Below, in pieces: positions 18,212 to 25,263 of a stretch of DNA of 53,083 nt. The DNA is taken from sequence record SRR31156797_511. One strand, 5' to 3'. The notes beneath the pieces are model-generated. The model was not told the DNA's origin, did not search any database, and saw only the letters and a program-made list of their open reading frames with translations. Made by a program: the position numbers and the translations under genes. How positions within the stretch are numbered: the first letter of the stretch is position 1; the number at the start of each line of letters is the position of its first letter.

Positions 18212-20530
18212 CTATTTTTCATAAACAGGAAGCCGGATCACAAAAAGGGTACCCTTATCAAGGTCGGAAGAAACCTCCATAGCCCCTTTGTGACGATTGG
18301 TAATAATGAAATATGAAATAGAAAGCCCTAGCCCGGTCCCCTTACCTACTGATTTCGTAGTATAAAAAGGTTCCATAATCCGATTACGGACTTCTTCATC
18401 CATGCCGGAACCATTATCTTCTATCTCCAGCACAGCCATGGATCCGCTTTGATAAACCCGGAGCACAAAGCATGGTCCATTCTCAGAATAAATTTTATCA
18501 CCCATGGCTTCCGCACCATTTTTCAATAAATTCAACACAACCTGCTGAATCTCGGTCCTGTCACACTCAACCTGGACATCTTCATCTATAAATTTTTTAA
18601 CTATTTTAATTCTCTTGAAATCATAATTCCGCTTGTAATCATAATCTTTCATAATCAAACTTAACGCACTATCCACTATCGAACACAAATAGTGCGGGGC
18701 AAAATCACTACCACTTTTGCGGCTAAAGCTAAGCATACCACGTACTATTGTCGAAGCTCTTATTCCCGCTTCATAAATGCCATCCAAAAATTTCAGACAC
18801 TCCCTTCGCTCGAGATATTCAGTAATTGCAGAAAATGGCACCCCACACTCTTGCGCAACCTTAATATTCTTCTTCGTTTCAAGGGCCAGACGTCTTTGCA
18901 AATTCTGCACAGACCCTACTATGGCAGCCAAAGGATTATTAATTTCATGCGCCATTCCGGCAGCAAGACCACCGACGGACATCATCTTCTCAGACTGAAT
19001 CATACGTTGCTCATTAATCTTTCTTTCAGTCATATCTACCACAGACCCTTCAAAAATAGCTTTCCCATTTTGATCAGTCACCTTCCGGGCATTCATTGTA
19101 ATCCAGACTATATCACCATCCTTGCGTTTCATTTTCACTTCAAAACCTGAAAGAGTTCCTTTTTCCCGCATTGCTATAAGTAAAATATTACGATCTTCTC
19201 CATTCAGGTAAAGCTTCTTCCCCACGCGATCCAGTACTTGAATAACTTCTTCAGGAGAATCATATCCAAATATTGCGGCAAAAGCAGCGTTAGCCGCCAA
19301 CACTCTGCCTTCTACACTGGTCTGAAAAATACCCTCTTGAGCATTATCGAATATGGAACGGTACTTAAGCTCCGAATGCCCAAGGTCTTTACGGGCTTTA
19401 CGCAGAGCCATAACATTTTTAACCAGAACAATTACCAGAAGAATCATCACAAAAAAAACGAAAACAGTGCTCCAGACAAGATAAAAATATTCTTCATAGA
19501 ATGAGAAAGGTTCATTAATGACAACGCTATCTTCGGGGAGTGACTCGATACGAATTCCGTATTTATCAAGCGCCTGCCAATCAAAAATAAAAGCATTGGC
19601 TCCAATCTTAACAACCGGAATATCATCGGCTCTTTCCCCCGCAAGCACCTTACGGGCGACTTCACTCATCATCACGCCCTGATGATAACCGCTGATCACC
19701 TTACCGCCGACAACACCGTCACGAAGATTGAAACGCAGCAGACAATAAACCGGAACAGGACTGTTTTTCGTGAGCATACTGCCCAACTTCTCATATGTTA
19801 CATATTTACCATCCCGATCCGAATAATAAACACCGAGCAGTACAACGCTTCCCGGCTTCATGGAGTTAATCTTGTCCCGTAATCCGGCAATGGTAAGATT
19901 ATCATTATATTCAATCCGGACTTGATCTTTAAAGGGCGCAAGATTCCGTTTAATCGTAGCTTCCCAAGCCCGACCAGTTTTAAGATAGTCATTAACCACA
20001 TATATGGATTTTGTTTCCGGTAATTGATTAAGGATGTTCTCCACGGTCTCACGCGAAGACATTACTTCCGCCACCCCGGTAATTTTTTTTACCCCTGTGA
20101 GTTGATCATCTGAAAAGTTATTCACCCCGCAAAAAACGACCGGAACACCGGGAAAAAGCTCATCACGATTTTTCAGCAGAAACTCAAAAGCATTATTATC
20201 GGAAGACAAGACTAAAGACAGATTGATATTTCTGAATTTTGCCTCAAGCAGTTTTTTAATTCTCGCATAATGCTCGGGAGAATGATGCCGCTTAGTGTCC
20301 ATATATTCGATATGAAGAACAAGATCTTTATAAGGCGGGACCAGCAAAGTCTCACGAATTCCCTTCTCAATATTCGTAACCCACGACATGCCGGAATGAT
20401 AAGAATGCAGCACCAGCACATGCCGCACTTCCTCAGCACGAACTGGTAAAGACAAAAAAAGAAAAACAACTACAAGCCCGCATAGCCGCAGAAATTTTCC
20501 TAATTGTTTTTTACATGCTCCTTTCACCAT
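18212..20530 (-). CDS. Membrane sensor histidine kinase (periplasmic SBP-like sensor, PAS, HisKA, HATPase)
   Basis: VLVLHSYH sensor start, TM helix, YRSIFDNA PAS, AGMAHEINNPL, PFYTTK..GKGTGLGL. Confidence 0.92.
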   Translation of the reverse strand: MVKGACKKQLGKFLRLCGLVVVFLFLSLPVRAEEVRHVLVLHSYHSGMSWVTNIEKGIRETLLVPPYKDLVLHIEYMDTKRHHSPEHYARIKKLLEAKFRNINLSLVLSSDNNAFEFLLKNRDELFPGVPVVFCGVNNFSDDQLTGVKKITGVAEVMSSRETVENILNQLPETKSIYVVNDYLKTGRAWEATIKRNLAPFKDQVRIEYNDNLTIAGLRDKINSMKPGSVVLLGVYYSDRDGKYVTYEKLGSMLTKNSPVPVYCLLRFNLRDGVVGGKVISGYHQGVMMSEVARKVLAGERADDIPVVKIGANAFIFDWQALDKYGIRIESLPEDSVVINEPFSFYEEYFYLVWSTVFVFFVMILLVIVLVKNVMALRKARKDLGHSELKYRSIFDNAQEGIFQTSVEGRVLAANAAFAAIFGYDSPEEVIQVLDRVGKKLYLNGEDRNILLIAMREKGTLSGFEVKMKRKDGDIVWITMNARKVTDQNGKAIFEGSVVDMTERKINEQRMIQSEKMMSVGGLAAGMAHEINNPLAAIVGSVQNLQRRLALETKKNIKVAQECGVPFSAITEYLERRECLKFLDGIYEAGIRASTIVRGMLSFSRKSGSDFAPHYLCSIVDSALSLIMKDYDYKRNYDFKRIKIVKKFIDEDVQVECDRTEIQQVVLNLLKNGAEAMGDKIYSENGPCFVLRVYQSGSMAVLEIEDNGSGMDEEVRNRIMEPFYTTKSVGKGTGLGLSISYFIITNRHKGAMEVSSDLDKGTLFVIRLPVYEK

Positions 20531-20592
20531 AAACTATAACTAGCATAACTTGCAGACCAAATCTATGTCAGTATTTGATAATAAAACAAATT

Positions 20593-20618
20593 ACCCCCGG
20601 TCCAAATGGACCGGGGGT
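20593..20618. terminator. Terminator closing the head-gene block
   Basis: ACCCCCGGTCCA-AA-TGGACCGGGGGT with A-rich left and T-rich right flanks. Confidence 0.75.
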
Positions 20619-20674
20619 TTTCACCGTAGAGTAATGAAAGATTCCTCAAATTAAGAAAGAATAGAACTTAATAT

Positions 20675-20872
20675 CTACTTATCCGCCATCTCCTTCTTCT
20701 TGCCACGAACAGCCTTTTTCCCGACAGGCTTGGGTTTGATGCCATCAACAGCTTCAAAATGCTCCGCAACTTCAGCTCCATCAGCATACTCAACGCTCAT
20801 TCCAGCCTTGAAATGCTGCAATTTACCCTGCGGATTCCTCACGTAACAATCCTTCTTGCAAACGAATTTCAC
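20675..20872 (-). CDS. Small phage head-region protein
   Basis: GTG start 13 nt after the cement gene; Lys-rich tail; typical post-capsid position. Confidence 0.65.
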   Translation of the reverse strand: MKFVCKKDCYVRNPQGKLQHFKAGMSVEYADGAEVAEHFEAVDGIKPKPVGKKAVRGKKKEMADK

Positions 20873-20885
20873 TTACCCACCAACC

Positions 20886-21278
20886 TTAAATATTGGTCTG
20901 ATCATCCATGATCAGATAGCCGCTGATTTTACCAGAAGTGGCGTTGCTTCCGGTCACAGTAAAGGAAAGCCTCAGAAAGCCCTTGTGAACCACGGGTAGG
21001 GAGGGCAGCGGAAAGCTGTAGCCCTGCTTAAGTTCTGCCACTGGGATGGAGCCGGATTCGAAAAGGGTATCAAAGAGAGAAAAAACCTCAGCCCCGGAAG
21101 CCTGAACACCGACACGCAGACTGGTCAGGGTTGCAAAATCTTCGCCGTCGACCATAACCTTGAGCCTGACATTGCCGCCGGAACCGCAATCCTCACCAAC
21201 GTTAATCACATTCTGGGAAACCGCACTTGCAGTAACAGCCTGTTCCTCACAAAAACAAAGTTCTTTATCAAGATACAT
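20886..21278 (-). CDS. Capsid cement/decoration protein (BPP-1 Bbp16-like)
   Basis: MYLDKEL.F...QAVTASA.S.NVI...; IPVAELK.GY; FLRL.FTV.G..AT.GKI pattern; directly after capsid. Confidence 0.82.
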   Translation of the reverse strand: MYLDKELCFCEEQAVTASAVSQNVINVGEDCGSGGNVRLKVMVDGEDFATLTSLRVGVQASGAEVFSLFDTLFESGSIPVAELKQGYSFPLPSLPVVHKGFLRLSFTVTGSNATSGKISGYLIMDDQTNI

Positions 21279-21296
21279 ATTCTTTTCTCCTTTTAA

Positions 21297-22265
21297 TTAC
21301 GCAGTAATCGCAGCTTCGGTATTAAGAATGGAATCCACGCGACGGACCGGGCTGCCCCAAAAGGTAGTTACGGGCTTGCCTTCCCAGTTCTCGGTCTTGA
21401 GCATAACGTTATTTTTGTCAGACGCTTCAATGTCGAGCAGGGTTTTCACCGTCTGGTTGCAGTAGATAGCAGTTCTGCCCATGTTGGTGTTGGGGATCAT
21501 GTTCAGACCTTCAATCAATGCATGACGCAAAGAATTGGAACCGATGTTCTCAGGATCAATGGATGCAATACGCACCACGTAACGCCAGTCACGTACAACA
21601 AGACCGGGAGTCCATTTGTAATGAGTACGCAGCCCCTGAAACTTGCCGCCGTTGGTATCTTCGAGCGTAACTTCACCGAGGTCCTTATGGCTCAAACCGT
21701 TGGAACTGCCTTTAGGAAAAGTAAAATGCACGGTCTGATCCGACCAGCACACAATCCATATAGATGTGCAATTGTTGCCGGTGCCACCGAAGTTAATGAG
21801 GTTCTTGTCATCAAGAGAATTGAAGCGTGGTGCGAGACCGAGAAATTTCTCAGGTTCCAGCGCGGTATCACCGTAAACAAAAGTATCGGCAAATTCCTTG
21901 TTCATCGCTTCAAGGAATGCACGCTCCTCGGAAGTACGAAAATTGGAGGAATGGCCGTTGAGATCAGAAAGAGCCTTGTCCATTTCCGCATAGGATTCGA
22001 GCATGCCGCAAGTATCATCGATCTGCTTGGTGCGGGACTTACTGGGCTTGATACCGTAGTTGAGCTTACGCCAGCTCACGGTAGGCAGGTCAGTACGCAC
22101 GGTGGTACGGTGTCCGGTGGGCAGGTTACCCTCAACCCATGCGGCGTCATCAAGGATTTCGTTAGTATGGGCCAGAACTTCGGTGATCTCGGCGACTTTG
22201 CCGTTAGGATCAAGGCGTCCGCCCCAATCGGAAAGGGTAAGTGCGTTCATACCAAGAGTTGCCAT
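21297..22265 (-). CDS. Major capsid protein (BPP-1 Bbp17-like)
   Basis: NEILDD..W.EGN..TGH...VRT.LP, F.YGD...PE.F.GLAPRF, GLVVRDWRYVVRIA.ID, G.PVRRVD.ILNTEA; AAGGAG RBS. Confidence 0.92.
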   Translation of the reverse strand: MATLGMNALTLSDWGGRLDPNGKVAEITEVLAHTNEILDDAAWVEGNLPTGHRTTVRTDLPTVSWRKLNYGIKPSKSRTKQIDDTCGMLESYAEMDKALSDLNGHSSNFRTSEERAFLEAMNKEFADTFVYGDTALEPEKFLGLAPRFNSLDDKNLINFGGTGNNCTSIWIVCWSDQTVHFTFPKGSSNGLSHKDLGEVTLEDTNGGKFQGLRTHYKWTPGLVVRDWRYVVRIASIDPENIGSNSLRHALIEGLNMIPNTNMGRTAIYCNQTVKTLLDIEASDKNNVMLKTENWEGKPVTTFWGSPVRRVDSILNTEAAITA

Positions 22266-22359
22266 AATTAATTCTCCTTGTAGAGATTCGGCCCTCTTGG
22301 GAGCTCTTAATTATATGACGCTTCAAGCGTTCTAAAAATTGATGCGCTACGCGCTATGA

Positions 22360-22998
22360 TTAAATCGGCTGGTTTGGATAGAGAATTTCCCCGATTGTCT
22401 TCTTACGGGGAGTATTCCTATTGCTATCCACATATGAATCTTCAGTAAGACGCCTGCCGACATTGTAAAAGGCTCTAACCACTTCAGGATGACAGGAATA
22501 TCCAGACTCCCTGATCATTTTTGCAAGGACCGGGGAAGCGAAAGCCTGCAATGCCTTGTTGGCTACCCCCATATTCTTGCGGTAATTGTTGCCGTGCCAA
22601 CCGGGAAGTGCACGAGTCTGGCGCTCCCATTCCCCGGTCTGGGTCTGGTAATCCTGATGACGGGCCGCTTCAAGGGAGTTGTGGAAATCCACAAGCTTCT
22701 GGGCCATTTCCCCACTGACCCCGTTCTCGTGGGCAAACTGCCGGAACTGGCGGTCCACATGTGGATCAATCCCGTCCGGCATGCCATAATCCAATTCATA
22801 CGCATCCGGCGCATTGGGAACCGGAATATCGGTCAACAGTTCGGCTTCCTCGATTGCAGGACTGCCCTGCTCTTCGGAAACGTCATCTTCCAGCAAGGCG
22901 TCGCCACCGAGCACGGGTTCTGCCACCTCATCCTTCATCTTAGCCTGCGGAGAGTAATGATCCGGCTGAGGATCATCACTAACCGGGAAATCCATCAT
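22360..22998 (-). CDS. Capsid assembly scaffolding protein
   Basis: Acidic N-terminus, PDAYEL, AQKLVD, G...HPEVVR.F..VG...ED, terminal LYP; immediately upstream of capsid. Confidence 0.8.
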   Translation of the reverse strand: MMDFPVSDDPQPDHYSPQAKMKDEVAEPVLGGDALLEDDVSEEQGSPAIEEAELLTDIPVPNAPDAYELDYGMPDGIDPHVDRQFRQFAHENGVSGEMAQKLVDFHNSLEAARHQDYQTQTGEWERQTRALPGWHGNNYRKNMGVANKALQAFASPVLAKMIRESGYSCHPEVVRAFYNVGRRLTEDSYVDSNRNTPRKKTIGEILYPNQPI

Positions 22999-23330
22999 TT
23001 TCGTTCCTCCTCTTCTTTTCTTATTTGTTCAGCCCGCTCACGGATGATAGAAAGATAAATTTCCTCATCAGCGGTGATAACCGGGCCAAGTACATTTTCA
23101 ACCACAAAATCATGGACGCCCACGTTGCGGTAGATATCAGTATCTTTGGCGAATAAAACCGCATTCACTCCGCCCTGCTCCAGCAGAAAAGTAAATACCC
23201 TCTTACCGTGCGGAGTCTTGAATGTAGCCCTCACGTCGGACAAAAACTGTTCGTTGATCCTGCGCTGCTCCTCACGAACATTTTCAGCTTCGCGCAGTTC
23301 ATCCTCCAGAAAACCGGAGTCCGTTGTCAT
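22995..23330 (-). CDS. Phage head-region protein (Bbp19-like, normally between portal and scaffold)
   Basis: D....F.TP.GKRV...LL...G motif; AGGAGG RBS before ATG 23330; ATGA overlap with scaffold. Confidence 0.72.
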   Translation of the reverse strand: MTTDSGFLEDELREAENVREEQRRINEQFLSDVRATFKTPHGKRVFTFLLEQGGVNAVLFAKDTDIYRNVGVHDFVVENVLGPVITADEEIYLSIIRERAEQIRKEEEERK

Positions 23331-23472
23331 TAAATCCTGCCTCCTTGCTAAAAGTCTAAAACATTTTTCCGAAGGAGATGCGGCGTGTGAAGCATACCTA
23401 TATTTACGAATCAACGAATTATGCGAACGTTCAGTAACCTCATCCGCCCCCTTCGAAATACATAATATGCAG

Positions 23473-23519
23473 CAGGGCGGACCTGAGTCAGATGACTCGG
23501 GTCCGCCCTGTGCTTTTTT
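23473..23519 (+). repeat. GGACCTGAGT hairpin copy 3 (T tract on plus strand)
   Basis: CAGGGCGGACCTGAGTCA-GA-TGACTCGGGTCCGCCCTG then TGCTTTTTT. Confidence 0.8.
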
Positions 23520-23641
23520 ACATTTTCCAAAATCAACACAATCGACGTCAGTCATTGGGAATTGCCAGTTTACATTATTTATAATTTAATTTTCTAGAAA
23601 ATCATAAACAATGAGCCTCCAAAATATCCTCTGGAGAAACT

Positions 23642-25147
23642 GTGAGTTCAATCAAACATATCCATAAATCTTCAAAAATAGGACTTATAATAGGCGGAGT
23701 TTTGCTGATTGCAATCATCTGCATTTCGTCCTTTTTCATGATCAAGCAATACCATGCTGAATTTGAAAGAGTGCGCCAGCAGAATATGCTTATTGCCAAA
23801 CTTGTCGCCTACCACACAGTTGATACTCTGGAAGGCTTCAATCAGGTGTTGCACACTCTCCATAACGCGATAGGCATTACCCTTGAAAACCAGAATGGAG
23901 ACATCAATGCCCACCAATCCCATGATCATATCGTTGAGGACCTGCTCCAAAAAAGCCGCAAATTCAATCCCTTTTTGTTAAACCTCGTTATTTCGGACAG
24001 TCATGGCAACATTCTGCACTGGGTAGGTCAACCAAATCCATTTGATGATTTTAATGATCGAGGCATAAACCCCCAAATCCGGGAACTGCATGAAAACAAC
24101 TTCTATGTCTGTGGAATTCTCCACAAAAATAAGAATAAAGAAACTCCCTATTTTGAAATAAGTGTTGGATTTAAAAATGAGCATGGAAAACTTGCGCGGA
24201 TCTACACCGCACTCATTAATTACAATCATTTCAAGAAGGATTTCGCCCAGCTCGAAATCCCAGAAGGAACAACCATCGCACTAGGAACCTATGATGGAAA
24301 TATTATGATGAGGCTGCCGGAGATAGGCATTACCCTGAAAGATTACGAGCCTCTAAAGAGACTCTGGTCAAGTGGCATAAACAATGGAACCGCATCAATT
24401 AAATCTCCCTACGATAATAAACAACGGGAGATAGTTTTCACACGTGTTGGTGAATACCCGTTTATTGCTTTTGCCTCTACCAGTGAAGAAATCATTCTCG
24501 CAGAATGGTGGCGCTATTTCTGGACCCTGCTGACCGGCCTAGTTGCTTTGGTGTTTTTCTCAGGAGTGGCATATATACATTTCTTCAACCATCAAAAACA
24601 ATCAATACTCTATCAGGACCTATTGATGGAGCAAGCGATGATGGACCCACTCACCAAACTCCCTAACCGGCGCAAATTCACTCCCATCATGGAACGTGAA
24701 TTCAACCTTGCCCGCCGACACTCCCGTTCACTTGCTCTGCTGATAATTGACATCGACCATTTTAAACTTATCAACGACAGACACGGACATGACCGGGGAG
24801 ATATCGTACTGATAAACGTAGCCGAAACCATACAAAATCTCTGCCGCCAAACTGATATATGCTGCCGTCTGGGCGGTGAAGAATTTGCAATTCTGCTGAG
24901 CGATACCGAGTACGAAGGAGCAGCCAGTACTGCTGAAAAAATCAGAAACTCTATTGAAAATTTACTCATTAACGCAGAAGGTTTACGGCTCAATGTCACA
25001 GTAAGCATCGGTATCAGTTGCTATGAGGAAGGGGACACCCAGCCTAAAGAAATCATGCTCCGTTCTGACGCGGCTCTGTATAAAGCCAAACACATTGGAC
25101 GGAATTGCAGCTTTACCCAGCCCCGCCACGATACTATGAAAATTTAA
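23642..25147 (+). CDS. Membrane diguanylate cyclase with Cache-like periplasmic sensor
   Basis: Two TM helices, DPLTKLPNRR, DIDHFK.IND..GH, RxxD I-site (RQTD), RLGGEEF. Confidence 0.92.
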   Translation: MSSIKHIHKSSKIGLIIGGVLLIAIICISSFFMIKQYHAEFERVRQQNMLIAKLVAYHTVDTLEGFNQVLHTLHNAIGITLENQNGDINAHQSHDHIVEDLLQKSRKFNPFLLNLVISDSHGNILHWVGQPNPFDDFNDRGINPQIRELHENNFYVCGILHKNKNKETPYFEISVGFKNEHGKLARIYTALINYNHFKKDFAQLEIPEGTTIALGTYDGNIMMRLPEIGITLKDYEPLKRLWSSGINNGTASIKSPYDNKQREIVFTRVGEYPFIAFASTSEEIILAEWWRYFWTLLTGLVALVFFSGVAYIHFFNHQKQSILYQDLLMEQAMMDPLTKLPNRRKFTPIMEREFNLARRHSRSLALLIIDIDHFKLINDRHGHDRGDIVLINVAETIQNLCRQTDICCRLGGEEFAILLSDTEYEGAASTAEKIRNSIENLLINAEGLRLNVTVSIGISCYEEGDTQPKEIMLRSDAALYKAKHIGRNCSFTQPRHDTMKI

Positions 25148-25263
25148 TCTGGCTCCTCTTATTCGCAAATTCCGGATGTCTCGGCAGAACTCCGGCTTGT
25201 ACCTTCCAATAAAGATGTGGCATATGTCTATTACGACATTAATTACATGCAAAGTGAGCACAC

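Larger units (their letters stand above)
11474..23330 (-). mobile_element. Podophage-derived (T7/BPP-1-like) virion gene cluster, incomplete and interrupted; domesticated remnant or GTA candidate
   Basis: Collinear scaffold, capsid, cement, adaptor, nozzle, gp13/gp14-like and fibre genes; no integrase, portal, terminase, replication or lysis genes recognised. Confidence 0.85.

Noticed and set aside
11474-23330. Intact inducible prophage
   Set aside because: No integrase, repressor, replication, packaging or lysis genes and no att repeats or tRNA seen; flanks are ordinary host genes.
13988-23510. Hairpin copies as a CRISPR array or integron attC sites
   Set aside because: Copies are 4-5 kb apart with no spacers, no cas or integron integrase gene, and no GTTRRRY core pattern.
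23331-23555. N-terminal extension of the 186-aa ORF in the track
   Set aside because: It runs through the hairpin; a strong AGGAGG precedes ATG 23330, which is the more plausible start.
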